Assembly: GCF_006345805.1 (NCBI RefSeq)
Contig: NC_043021.1
Span: 14,694,001 to 14,758,000 of the forward strand
Reading direction: 5' to 3'
From: Octopus sinensis
Lineage: Eukaryota
DNA length: 64,000 nt
Shown: positions 1 through 11,515 of the stretch, in pieces
How the letters are laid out: each line of letters opens with the position of its first letter
Numbering within the stretch: position 1 is the first letter of the stretch
Made by a program: the position numbers and the translations under genes
Notes under the pieces: model-generated
Told to the model about the DNA's origin: nothing
The model's database searches: none
The model's input: only the letters and a program-made list of their open reading frames with translations

Positions 1-1874
1 GAACTGTGCAGCTAATGGGTCACCATGAATATGAACCCTCATGCAGGTTGTCAGAGTGAGCTGCTTGACATGTTGCCAGCATGCTTCCCTTTCTGCAGCC
101 AGCTGTCTCTCTTTTCATAGACATTCTTTTGGCTGACCTTGATATTGTAGACAAATTTGACATTTTCCTTCTAAGCATGGTTATATACATATACAGAAAT
201 ACGAGTGCAGCAGATAGTAAACAATGAAAATAACTTGGAAATGGAAATTATGTTTCATAATACGATGGGCAGAAGATAAATAAGAAATTTTAAGGGAAAA
301 TAAAGTATTGTACGGGTTGAAGTGAAATTTGTCACTCAGTGAACCAAAGAGCCAGTATTGAAGGAACCAGAAAGAAAACCGTCAACAACAGAAAAACACA
401 AAACACGAAAGTGAAATTTATGAAGATACTTCTGTCGGTACATTATGAAATTACTTACATCAGTAATTGTGAACTTATTTCTGTTCGTAATTTGTCATTG
501 TTTGTTTGTAAATAGCGATTGCAAACTTAAACTTACAGTAAAAACAATAACGATTAAAGTTAAAGTGTAAAAGCAATGGGGTAAAGTGTAAAAGCAATGA
601 AAATTGAAAGTGAAAAGAATAGTGTCAGAAAAATGAAAGTGAAAAGAATAGCGTCAGAAAAATGAAAGTGAAAACAATAGAGAGAGAGAGAGGGAGAGAT
701 AGCTTGTTAGACAGACAAATAAGAGAAATATAGACAGCTATAGTTACATAAGATATAAACAGATAGAGAGAGATATGTTACAGAGAGAAAAAGAGAGATA
801 TGTTATGTCACTGACACTAGAAAACCAGAAGTAAATATTTTTAAAACTTTCAAAGACCTGAATGTAATATAAAAAGCAATATTTTTTATTTTTAATAAAA
901 AAAATCAAATGAAGAGCCTATAATTTGTCCGAGGTCAAATTATTCATGCATCACAAGTATGGAAGCAATTGGTGAAGCCATTTTCATGTAAAAAGTGAAT
1001 ACACACACATTTCTGTTTTATATATTAAATAAATATAATTATGAATCAAATTGCTGTTATTGTTGTTGTTATTTAGACCCAGGTAAGTCTATCATTGAGC
1101 AAACCTATAATTAAAGGTATTCCAGATATGCCCATCCATTCTTGTTTCAGGCATTGTGCATTTAAGAATGCATTATCCAAGGTGTTCTTCATTTTTCAAG
1201 ATTGTAGGATGTGGTTTTAAGGAGGTTTGGTTGCTATTCCTAGCAAGTCAAAGAAGCAATGTAGCAACTCTCTCATTGTCTCAGTTGCATGAAATGGATA
1301 ACCAATGTGTAGTAGTGGCTATCATCAATTTCCTTTGCTTATATAGATAACACAGGGCATGACCCTGAGAATTCAGAAATAACAACAAAAAAACAATACA
1401 CACCCAACCAAATCAAATACTAAAAACAAAGAACAATGACCCTGCACCCTCACCTCTACATCAGACATAGAAAAAACAAAAAGAAACAAAAAAACCTTTA
1501 AAACTTGGGTTGCAGTGGGTGTCCAACATCCTCTGGCCCACAGATATGCTGTGTTTCCTCACTCTGCCTCTTCTGTTGTAACTACAGTGGCCTCTGGTCC
1601 TTCAGTCCTGTCGGTCCTTCTCGGCTCACTATTTTTGTCACCCATATTGTGTCCATCCTATGCCCCACACGCCTAGGACATCCACTGACTATTTTACAAT
1701 TTTACCCAGTCCTTCCTCTCTAAAGTCAACCCTCTGGTATCCATCCCTCTTCTCATGTTTTCCTTGCAGACATCAGCTTGTGGATGTCTATGCTAAACAT
1801 CACCAACATCTCTCTTACAGGTCTTGGAGGGCCTACACAAACCAAGAGGACATCCATTTCCTTCAGTTTTAGGT

Positions 1875-1934
1875 AACCTGGATAAGCTTGAAGTGATGTG
1901 CCTATATGCACATTACCTCAAGCTTATCCAGGTT
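1875..1934. other. 60-nt near-perfect hairpin (27-bp stem, 6-nt loop)
   Basis: aacctggataagcttgaagtgatgtgc-ctatat-gcacattacctcaagcttatccaggtt; 25 of 27 Watson-Crick pairs plus one G:U and one mismatch. Confidence 0.85.
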
Positions 1935-1949
1935 TCCATGGTGTATGAG

Positions 1950-2460
1950 CAACTGGAAGTACAATACTCCCTTCCCCTTGAATGGGACTCCAACCCCACC
2001 ATGGGATTAACTCTCAGCACTAGGCTGATAGTCCCTCTCCTTTCTGATCAGGACTTCAGTTCCTCTGAAGGTTAGCTCTCAGTACGAGATTGGTACCCTC
2101 TCTTCCTTGAAAGAGACTCCTGTTTTCCTGAGGATTAACTCTCAGCACTAGGATAGTACTCCCTCTCCCTTTTAAACGAAACTCCAGTTCCTCTGAGAGT
2201 TAACTCTCAGCATGAGGTTGGTACTCCCTCTCCCCTGATCGGAACTCTAGTTCCTCTGAGGGTTAACACCAAGAATATGGCTGGGACACCTTCTCTCCTG
2301 AACAGGATGTCAGTCTCACATAGGATTAATTCCCAGACTAAGCTGATATTCCTTCCCACCAGAAACAGAATACCAGCCCGTCATGGGGCTAATCCCCAGT
2401 ACTAGGCTGCTATTCTCTCTCTCCCCTCTAAACGGGACTTCAATCCCTCACAGGGTTAAC
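1950..2460. repeat. Degenerate 63-67-bp minisatellite, about 8 units
   Basis: The motif ttaactctcag and its variants recur at 2007, 2072, 2135, 2200, 2263, 2326, 2389 and 2456. Confidence 0.8.
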
Positions 2461-2694
2461 CTATGCTGTTACTGGTATGTATTTTCAGCTGATTGGAAAA
2501 GAGCAATATGAAATGAAGCATTTTGCTAAAAGACACAACACAGTCGGCCTTGACAACTATGCCTTTAAGATTGTGAGTCCAACATAATAACCACTAAGCC
2601 ATGGATCATTGCTTCCTTGGAAACAAACCATGACGAAAATAATTTTTAAATGTTTGGAAAATGTAAATCAAAGAAACAAACAGGTGTGGCTCAC

Positions 2695-2791
2695 CTTTGT
2701 AATGACATCGACATGGATCATGTTTATCCAAATAATTTTCTAAAGTATCCCAACCACCACCAACACGCACCATCACATGGTTCCGTAATAT
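2695..2791 (-). CDS. GAS2L: GAS2-like protein, GAR domain exon (C-terminal half)
   Basis: 97-bp exon (phase 0 in, phase 1 out) between ttctttcAG and GTGAG. It translates to [32 protein letters not shown](G). The [23 protein letters not shown] motif is the GAR signature of GAS2/GAS2L, distinct from MACF/shot (WMALDEFL). It splices in frame to 3297-3404 across a 505-bp intron. Confidence 0.96.
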
Positions 2792-3028
2792 CTGAAAGAA
2801 GAAAGATGATTTACATAAGGGTGATGCAAGAGCCAACATAATAATGATAGGGAACACAAAACACCTCCAGTGTTTGAAAATGATCACATCTTATTCCTTT
2901 AGAACCTTACAGTTCAAACTGACAGAAAAATAGATGCAAATAGGACAGACAGTACATTGAAGGATTTCAGACAAAAATCATGCCTCCTCATCGATATGAC
3001 TGTCCCAATTAGCATAAATGTATCTTAA

Positions 3029-3236
3029 CCCTTTCATTACTGTATTTATTTTGAGATGCTCTGTTTCTTTCAATTACTTTAAATATAACAAAGAATTTAG
3101 TAAAATTACTTAGTTATCATTTAGCTAGTGTTAGGAACATAAATTGTGACTTAGGTTTGGTGGAAGATTTTAATTCAAAACTTATGAAAACAAGACATTT
3201 GTACTCAGAGCCAGAGCCGGGTTGGTAACGAAAGGG
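3029..3236 (-). mobile_element. piggyBac-like MITE (family A)
   Basis: TTAA on both sides (3025-3028, 3237-3240); terminal inverted repeats (TIRs) CCCTTTC(A/G)TTAC...GTAACGAAAGGG. The same internal sequence occurs at 28471, 44709, 46062 and 47232. Confidence 0.85.
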
Positions 3237-3296
3237 TTAATAATAATAATGATATGAGAGAAACTGAGAGAGAGTAAAATTTTTGTTTAAACTTAC

Positions 3297-3404
3297 CCGT
3301 ACAAATATTAAAGTCTGTGAATCACCAATTTTATATTTTCCTTCGCCAACTTTTATAATTGGAAACTGTGATGGACAAGTGCATTTTCCTACTAATTCTC
3401 GCAC
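3297..3404 (-). CDS. GAS2L: GAS2-like protein, GAR domain exon (N-terminal half)
   Basis: 108-bp phase 0/0 exon between tgttgtgtAG and GTAAGT. It translates to [36 protein letters not shown], matching the GAS2L1/pigs-type GAR start (VR.l.g.CTCP.QFP.IKV.EGKY..GDS..LIFVR). It is not in the ORF track. Confidence 0.95.
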
Positions 3405-3706
3405 CTACACAACATAAAAAAGGGAAAGACATACTGTTAGAAATTGTGACAATAACACAAAATTGAAGGATTAACAAAAATAATTAAAATTATGAATTTT
3501 GTTTATTTTCTTGTCTTTTTTTCTTTTGGCCACAAGTGACCAAGATGTTAGAGAGACAAACTAAGGTTGGAATACATAATTATATTAAAGCCTTTTACTG
3601 CAGAATTAAAATATATCCACTCAAAATTTTATTACCATTAACTGCGGAAAGCAGTTTTATACACCAATCCATTTTCCGTTGAGGAATGCCTTGTATGAAA
3701 CGATTG

Positions 3707-4095
3707 GGATCTTTTCGGTTTGAACGGCAGTTTTGTCTAGCGGTGTCATATGAAATTGTCACCCATAATTATGACCCTAGTATCGATCTGTTTGCATTTC
3801 AATTTGTTTTAGGGTTAGGGGTGGGGGGAAGGGTATCTTTTTTTCAGAAATGTAAATAAACCCAATCTGTTTCTTAAACGAGGGACATATTCATACGGCA
3901 CAGAATGTTTTCACCTCAATAGACGTCATTGATTGGTTGAAATTGCAGAAATTGAAGAAGAAAAAAAACAACAAATATCTTACAAACTATAGAATTTTCT
4001 CAATAAAGCCAAGAGAAAAAGATGTTTTATAAACACATTCTACCAGTATACGTGGAAATTATTTTAAAAAACTGCCGTTCAAACCGAAAAGATAC
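3707..4095. mobile_element. Non-autonomous DNA transposon with about 28-bp TIRs and 8-bp target-site duplication (TSD); superfamily uncertain (Merlin/Mutator-like)
   Basis: TIRs GGATCTTTTCGGTTTGAACGGCAGTTTT / AAAACTGCCGTTCAAACCGAAAAGATAC, flanked by AACGATTG at 3699-3706 and 4096-4103. Confidence 0.85.
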
Positions 4096-4744
4096 AACGA
4101 TTGTTGTGACATATCAATTTTATTGAGACAACGTAGCTTGACGATGAAAGCAATCCCATCTTTCGATAGATATTTAAGACCAAAACTGGAAATAACCAGG
4201 AAATTTCATTTTGCAGTTAAAAGGTTACCACATTTGTGCTGGTGTTATAGTCTCACCGAAGGGAGACCACTCTTTAACGGAACAAGTTACTTCCCTTGAC
4301 AAACTTCGAGCTTTAAAATATTTAATATTACGCAAGTGTATTAAGTGAAATAAATTATCTTGCACTTCTGTCGAACAAAAAGGTGAAAGGTGAAAGATTA
4401 AGTGGTGTTTCCGTTGACAGAAGGATTTAAAAGATAACAACATTAAACCCGAGTAATTAATAAGACTGCTGTCAGTTTTGACGAGACGGGTGCAATATAC
4501 GGCTTGGTATTTGGGCGAGGACGTGAGAATGGATTTTAGCATTTCTAAGTAGGGTGTCTTTGCTACGAAGGAGAGGAAAATTGTGCTGAGATACGAGGAA
4601 TTGAGGTTTCTGTACTGGTGAGGATATGAAGCAATCTGATAAAGGAACCAATTACAAGAGTTTAGGAAAATGAAGAGCATAAAGGCCAAAATGGATAAAA
4701 GAGAGAAAATAAAATAAAGAAAATACACAAAATATATTCTTGTA

Positions 4745-5100
4745 TTCTTTTACTTGTTTCAGCCGTTTGACTGCGGCCATGCTGGAGCACCGCCTTCAAG
4801 GGTTTTTAGGCGAAGAAATCGACCCTAGCGATTATTCTTGTAAGCCTAGTACTTATTCTGTTGGTCGCTTTTCCTGAACCTCTAAGTTACGGGGACGTAA
4901 TCCCACCAACGTCGGTTGTCAAGCGATGGTGAAGGGACAAACACAGACATATAAACACACACACACAATGGGTTTCTTTCAGTTTCCGGCTACCAAATCC
5001 ACTCACAAGAACTTTGACCCAAGACTATAAAGAAAACACTTGCCCAACCTGGAACCATGTGGTTCAGAAGCAAGCTTCTTACCACACAGCCATGTCCCTG
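4745..5100 (-). mobile_element. tRNA-derived SINE family 1 (CORE-like), decayed
   Basis: Reverse complement of the family at 11516: cttttacttgtttcag...gcggccatgctggagcaccgcc tail and cttaccacacagcc head. Confidence 0.8.
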
Positions 5101-5444
5101 TGCCTATGCACACAACCAGAAAGAAATGAAATAAAGAAAATATATAAATGAATAAAAGAATATATTGTAAACAAGGAAAGAAAATATATAAATAAAGCAA
5201 ATAAAACAAAGGCCACATCCAAGAAAGAATGAACAATGCAACCAAAAAAGGAAATAAAAATAAATTGTGGCAGAGCATCGGAAATGCTGTTGTAGCTGTC
5301 TACTCCAGCATTGTCTTGCTCATTCAATGCCATGCGGGTATCATCAAGTAGAACACTCAGCAAAGAAAACCAGCAGAATCAGGAAGATTATTGCTGTGCA
5401 GATATAGAACGGCCACCAAACAATGGTAATAATAATAATAATAA

Positions 5445-5850
5445 TAATAATGGAAATGGAAGCACTCCGTCGGTTACGACGACGAGGGTTCCGGTTGATC
5501 CGAATCAGCGGAACAGCCTGCTCGTGAAATTAACGTGTAAGTGGCTGAGCACTCCACAGACACGTGTACCCTTAAAGTAGTTCTCGGAGGGGGGGGATAT
5601 TCAGCGTGACACAGAGAGTGACAAGGCCGGCCCTTCGAAATACAGGTACAACAACAGAAACAGGAAGAAAGAGTGAGAGAAAGTTGTGGTGAAAGAGTAC
5701 AGCAGGGATCACCACCATCCCTGCCGGAGCCTCGTGGAGTTTAAGATGTTTTCGCTCAATAAACACTCACAACGCCCGGTCTGGGGATTGAAACCACGAT
5801 CCTACGACCACGAGTCCGCTGCCCTAACCACTGGGCCATTGCGCCTCCAC
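5445..5850 (-). mobile_element. Two abutting SINE-like repeats, the second with a tRNA-like head (family 3)
   Basis: 5445-5650 matches 19720-19910. 5655-5850 reads GTGGAGGCGCAATGGCCCAGTGGTTAGGGCAGCGGACTCG on the minus strand, the same family as 9219-9513 and 21110-21390. Confidence 0.75.
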
Positions 5851-6409
5851 AATAATAATAATAATAATGATGGTTTCAAATTTTAATAACATCAGCAATA
5901 ATAATAATAATGGGTTCAAATTTTCCCACAAGGACAGCAATTTCAGGGGAGGGGATCAGTCGGATTACATTGACCCCAGTATTAAATTGGTGCTTATTTT
6001 ATCGATCACAAAATGATGAAAAGTAAAGTCGACCTTGGTGGAATTTGAACTCTGAATGTAAAGATAGATGAAATACTGCTAAGCATTTTGCCTGACATGC
6101 TACCAGTTCTACCAGCTTGCTGCCTTAATAATAATAATAATAATAATAATGGTTTCAAATTTTTAATTTCTTCATTGCCCACAAGGGGCTAAACACAGAG
6201 GGGACAGGCAAAGGGATTAAGTTGATTACACCAACTCCAGTGTGTAACTGGTACTTAATTCATTGACCTCGAAAGGATGAAAGGCAAAGTTGACCATGGC
6301 GGAATTTATTATTTAAGTTTCCATCAATTCTTCCATGATGTTGTTTCCCATTTATAATAAAATAAATGTATACAAATTCCAAAATACAAAAAATATACAG
6401 TACAGAGAC

Positions 6410-6775
6410 GTAGGAGTGGCTGTGTGGTAAGTAGCTTGCTTACCAACCACATGGTCCCGGGTTCAGTCCCACTGCATGGCACCTTGGGCAAGTGTCTTCT
6501 ACCTATAGTGTCGGGCCAATCAAAGCCTTGTGGTGGATTTGGTAGACGGAAACTGAAAGAAGCCCATTGTGTATATATATATGTATGTATGTATATGTTT
6601 GTGTATCTGTGCTTGTCCCCCCAACATCGCTTGACAACCAATGCTAGTCTGTTTTACGTCCCGTAACTTAGCAGTTCAGCAAAAGAGACTGATAGAATAA
6701 GTACTAGGCTTAATTTGCTCGACTAAAAAAGGCAGTGCTCTAGCATGGCCACAGTCAAATGACTGAAACAAGTAA
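6410..6775 (+). mobile_element. tRNA-derived SINE family 1 (CORE-like)
   Basis: Head GGAGTGGCTGTGTGGTAAGTAGCTTGC, B-box-like GGGTTCAGTCCC, CORE-like GCACCTTGGGCAAGTG, internal (TA/TG)n and tail GACTGAAACAAGTAA. Confidence 0.85.
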
Positions 6776-7352
6776 TACAGTACCGTTTCTACTTAGCAAA
6801 TTATCGTGGGGTTTTTGGAACATAACACCCGCAATAGTCGAAGGATTACTGTATATGGTGGAAACCAACTCATGTCCAATTATGTAAACTTCCTAAACTC
6901 AGTTAAGTACTTGTAAATGTTCCCAGAGTCCAAGAAGTTCCTGTGCAAGAATTTGTTTTGAGTGGGTAAAGTGTTGCACAGAGCTGAACCAATTTCCAGT
7001 GCAATCAGCTATAAAACCAGTAGCAGAACAGAGGTTGAGATGATCAGAAACCAGCTGCACTTCAGGAATCTCATTTGGGTTTACCTTCTCCTAGAAGGAG
7101 CTTCTAACAAGAACTAGAGGTCCTTCACTCCCAGTATATATCGTCATCCTACTCATCATTGTCATTTAATGTCCATTTTCCATGCAGGCATGGGTTGGAT
7201 GGTTTGACAGGAGTGGCAAGCCAGAAGGCTGCACCAGGCTCCAGTTGTCTGTTTTGGCATGGGTTCTATGGCTGGATGCCCCTCCTAATACCAACTACTT
7301 TATGTAGTGCCAGCACAGGATATATATACACACACACACACACACATATACA

Positions 7353-7575
7353 CAGTAATTCCTTGCCATATCACGGTTCACCTTTCGGAGTTTATTATTT
7401 AAGCTTACGTCGATTTCTCCGTGGTGTTGTTTTGCAGTTATAATAAAATAAATATAGACAAATTATGAAAATAATTTTAAAATATATACAGTACAGTATT
7501 GTTTCTGCTTCACGGATTTTCACTTATTGTGGGGTGTTTTGGAACGTAACACCAGTGATATTTGAGAGATTACTC

Positions 7576-7577
<2 letters not shown>
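7353..7577. mobile_element. pogo/Tigger-like MITE
   Basis: Decayed TIRs CAGTAATTCCTTG...GAGAGATTACT; inverted relative to the copy at 31929-32142; partial copy at about 6775-6851. Confidence 0.65.
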
Positions 7578-7645
<68 letters not shown>

Positions 7646-7688
7646 TATATATATAATATATATATATATATATTATATATATATATAC

Positions 7689-7720
<32 letters not shown>

Positions 7721-8503
7721 TCAGACAAAAAGATAGATGCGTAAATACATAAACAGACAGATACACAATACACACACACATATATATAACAGACAAACAG
7801 CGGATAAATGAAAAGGAAAACTCACTGAGTACATATTGTGTGAGGATTAAATATTTATATTAACAGTTTGACTTGGATATGCATAACTAAAAGTTTTACA
7901 GGTCCCAAAATATCTCATCTGATTCCGTTTCAATGCTTACTGTGTCTCTGTGTATATATGTGTGTGTGCGTGCGTGTCCCAACAATACCAAAAATATTTT
8001 TTAAAAAAAAGGATAAAGAAAACCCTAAATGTAGTGGGTAAGGGGGGTAAAAACCCTTGAACTATTTATTATGCTCCAGTTATCTTATGAAGGAACACCT
8101 TGAAATAGTCCTGACCTGAAAATCCTAACAACCATCTGCTGACAAGCCTCAGTTAATTTGAAGAGGTCTGGTCAACATCTGATTTTCTCTTTTTGGGGTG
8201 CTTTTTAGGGGTTTTTTTTTTTGATTCCTTAAAGTGTTTGTTTGTTTTGTTTGTAACTTTTATTTATTCAGATTCTAGATAAGCAAAATTTGATCTGGTG
8301 TCTGTTTAAGTGTTTGTGTACATGTGTGTGATATTTATATAAATATATTTATATATGTGGCTGTGTGGTTAAGATGTATGCTTCTCAAAACCATGTGGTT
8401 TTGAGTTCAGTCCCACTGTGTGGAATCTTGAGCAAGCATCTTCTACAATAGCCCTTGTGGGTGGATTTGATAAACAGAAAATGAAAGTGTGTGTGTATGT
8501 GCG

Positions 8504-8535
<32 letters not shown>

Positions 8536-9218
8536 TACAACATGTATGTGTGTATATGCATACACACATTTATATATGAATGTATGTATGTGTGTATATG
8601 TATGGGAGAGAGGGGGAGGGAGTAATACACAAACCCTTGTATAATACACATGAAAAATGGTATTTATTTCTGCTTCCTTGTAATAATTCTTAATACTTTT
8701 GTTTCAATCCCTCTTCCATTTTCTTCCAGTTTTTCCTTTTGTCTTCTTTCAGTTATTCTTATTAGCTTGCCCTCACTTACTCTCCTTTATTATTTATTCG
8801 CAATGACAAAGTGACCAGCTGGCAGAATTGATAGCCCACTGGATAAAACACTTAGTAGTGTTTTGCCCATCCTGAGTTCAAATTCTACCAAAGTCATCTT
8901 TGCCTTTTATCCTTTTGAGGTCGATGAAATAAAGTACCAGCAGAGCACTGGGGTCAAAGTAACCAACTGGCCCCCTCCCTCAATATTTCAGGCTTTGTAC
9001 TTAGAGTACAAAAGATTATTCTCAATAAGTTATTCATATATTTTATGATTTCTGCTCTTCATCTCTGTATAGACAGATGTTATTTAATCATGTTACTTCA
9101 ACCGTGAAATTGTACAGGCCTGGGCAAGACATTTTAAAGACGATTGGCAGTTAATCATGCATGCAAGTTTTCTCTTTCTATGTCACTGGTTTCATCCAAA
9201 GCAATGACCACCAAACAT

Positions 9219-9513
9219 GTAGAGGCACATGGCCAAGTGGTTAGAGCAGCGGACTCGCGGTCGAGGGTTCGAATCTCAGACCAGGCGATGTGTGTGCTTA
9301 TGAGCAAAACACCTAAGCTCCACGTGGCTCCGGCAGAAGGTAATGGCGAACTTCTGCTGACTCTTTCGCCACAACTTTCTCTCACTCTTTCCTCCTGCAT
9401 CTTGCAGCTCACTTGTGACGGACCGGCGTCCCATCCAGGTGGGGAACCTATACACCAAGGAAACCGGGAAACCGGCCCTTATGAGCCAGGCGTGACTCGA
9501 GAAGGAACAAACA
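9219..9513 (+). mobile_element. tRNA-derived SINE family 3
   Basis: A-box TGGCCAAGTGG, B-box GGTTCGAATC, then TGAGCAAAACACC and a 3' part shared with 33439-33672. Confidence 0.8.
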
Positions 9514-9785
9514 AAGACCACCACATTGGTGCCTATACAGCTTGGCATCAGTATCACTACAGGTATTGATATCAAAATTCATTCATTCACTGGAAGTCTG
9601 GATGCTACGTCACACACATGTCTAAACTGCTATACTACAACACATATAACCACTTACAACATTCCAGGCATGTACCATCAGTAATTACTCAGGGTAGGCA
9701 GTTGGTGATATTTATGTAGTAAAACGCATAAAAAAAAAATTAGCAAAACACAACTGCGTAACTGAGTTGAAGGCGGATTTACTTG

Positions 9786-10022
9786 AAGGCGGCAAGCTGG
9801 CAGAAATGTTAGCATGCCGGGTGAAATGCTTTGCGGTATTTCGTCTGCCGTTACGTTCTGAGTTCAAATTCCGCCGAGGTCAACTTTGCCTTTCATCCTT
9901 TTGGGGTTGATAAATTAAGTACCAGTAACGCACTGGGGGTCGGTGTAATCGACTTAATCCCTTTGTCTGTCCTTGTTTGTCCCCTCTGTGTGTAGCCCCT
10001 TGTGGGCAATAAAGAAGTAAGA
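9786..10022 (+). mobile_element. tRNA-derived SINE family 2
   Basis: GGCGGCAAGCTGGCAGAA head, GAGTTCAAATTCC B-box, central GCCTTTCATCCTTT.GGGGT.GATAAATTAAGTACCAG, tail AATAAAGAA. More than 30 related copies or fragments in the window (approximate count by eye). Confidence 0.85.
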
Positions 10023-10557
10023 TTTACTTCTGCCTTAATAACACAAAGAAAAGATAGGAATGTATGCAGCATGTGTACCATGCATAGCTTAAATACTGAG
10101 ATTGAAAGGCAGGGGTGAATCAAGCCTACCTCATCATCATCATTGTCTAATGTCCGCTTTCCATGCTAGCATGGGTTGGACGGTTTGACTGAGGACTGGC
10201 GAACCAGATGGCTGCACCAGACTCCAGTCTTGATCAGGCAGAGTTTCTACAGCTGGATGCCCTTCCTAATGCCACCTAATCTACAAAAACATAAAATATT
10301 TTGCATTTTATGCACAGTAATCAGAGTAACCTGCATAATTCTATTGAATTAGGTTCATATTTTGCCATAAATGGAAAATGTTGCTATCAATCTATCTTAT
10401 TCAAGGTAGGCTCTGCCTTCCTTGCCTACCTAAGCGGCATGTCCCTGCTACATACATATTCAGATCACTGTATAACATCACATACATGCATGTCTATATC
10501 GTCATTAGGGGGCATCTGTACTCGGCAGCTTAAATATCAAGGATCTCCGTTTGGGTC

Positions 10558-10808
10558 TGTGGTGTCGGTGGAGAGGATGACAGATAGGGGAGGGCGGAAG
10601 TAGGGCTTGCAGGGCGCATGCGCGGCAGGAAGCGGAAGCGGTGAGGGACGACGCACGTGTGGCATCAACGAAGCCGGGGCAGTTGGAGCTGAGACGAGGA
10701 AGTGACGAGACGCATTGACTTTGTTGAGAGAGATCTGATTTTCTCTGAGGTAAGGCCCGTTGCATTTCCTTCTCTTTTTCTGTTGTCCTCTTCATCCATC
10801 ACACTACA
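10558..10808 (+). mobile_element. LTR of a Gypsy-like retrotransposon
   Basis: 251 bp, GC/CpG-rich, bounded by TGTGGTGT...ACACTACA (8-bp inverted termini, 1 mismatch), followed 47 bp later by a gag-like ORF start. Confidence 0.65.
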
Positions 10809-10854
10809 AGCTATTTCGGCGTTATAAAAAAAAACAAAACAAATAAAAAAACGA

Positions 10855-10986
10855 ATGATGAGTGACCGTATTTCGCACGACATGATACAACCGTTTTGCA
10901 GCGACACGGATGTAGTCGCTTGGTTGAAGAAAGTGAAGTTGGTGGCGAAGCTCCATGGTATAAGTGACCTGGCAAGCTTCATGCCA
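10855..10986 (+). pseudogene. Truncated gag N-terminus of a Gypsy-like LTR element
   Basis: MMSDRISHDMIQPFCSDTDVVAWLKKVKLVAKLHGISDLASFMP resembles the I.PF.g..DVVAWLKKV.LVA.L gag start of invertebrate Gypsy elements (recognition, not searched). The sequence switches to unrelated repeat DNA after about 10986. Confidence 0.65.
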
Positions 10987-11194
10987 ACTATAGAAAACAT
11001 TCCAAAACAGACATGGAGCCTGGGTGGTCCTTCAGTTGGTCAGCTCCTGCCAAGACATTCCACCCATGCCAGCATGGAAAATGGACATTATATGATGATG
11101 ATGATGATGATAAAGGTCTGATACACTTCTAGCTTTGTCAACAGAACTGCTGTATTCTTTCATTCTTTTACTTGTTTCAGTCATTGGACTGGAC

Positions 11195-11406
11195 CCCTTA
11201 GCATTCAAACCAGTCATATTGGGCCTAAATATTGTTCTCATCTCAAACTGGCCAGATCCAACCTCTCACACCTATCCTCCAATGTCATTCTAAAAGTAAG
11301 CAATCTCATCAATGAACTCTTGAAGCTAAGAGATAAAGCATGATCAATTCAAAACAATGTGAATCAGGCAGCATTATATTCGACAGTAATCTGAATTACT
11401 AAAGGG
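11195..11406 (+). mobile_element. piggyBac-like MITE (family B)
   Basis: CCC(T)TTAGCATTCAAAC...TACTAAAGGG followed by TTAA. A second copy (11411-11990) is interrupted by a SINE; a minus-strand copy lies at about 56793-56998. Confidence 0.65.
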
Positions 11407-11515
11407 TTAAAACTGGCCTTATCATGCTTGAATATTGTATCTGCTTTATGTTCAAACTGACGAGATTTGGCCTCTCACACCTACCCTGCAGTGTCATTCT
11501 TAAAAATAAACAAGG

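Noticed and set aside
1-170. Possible next GAS2L exon after a TTAG acceptor at 171-172
   Set aside because: The required phase-1 frame stops after 18 codons (EGKCQICLQYQGQPKECL*) with no resemblance to GAS2L tails. Unsupported.
2606-2887. 93-aa ORF as a stand-alone gene
   Set aside because: Only 2695-2791 is exon; the rest is read-through into flanking intron.
3830-3830. Telomeric TTAGGG near 3810-3822
   Set aside because: Only two units, inside a MITE. This is not an interstitial telomere.
5079-5363. LSVLLDDTRMALNEQDNAGVDSYNSISDAL as a GAS2L linker exon
   Set aside because: No suitable acceptor or phase-0 donor was found, and it does not end in the expected LDE/LHE-M motif.
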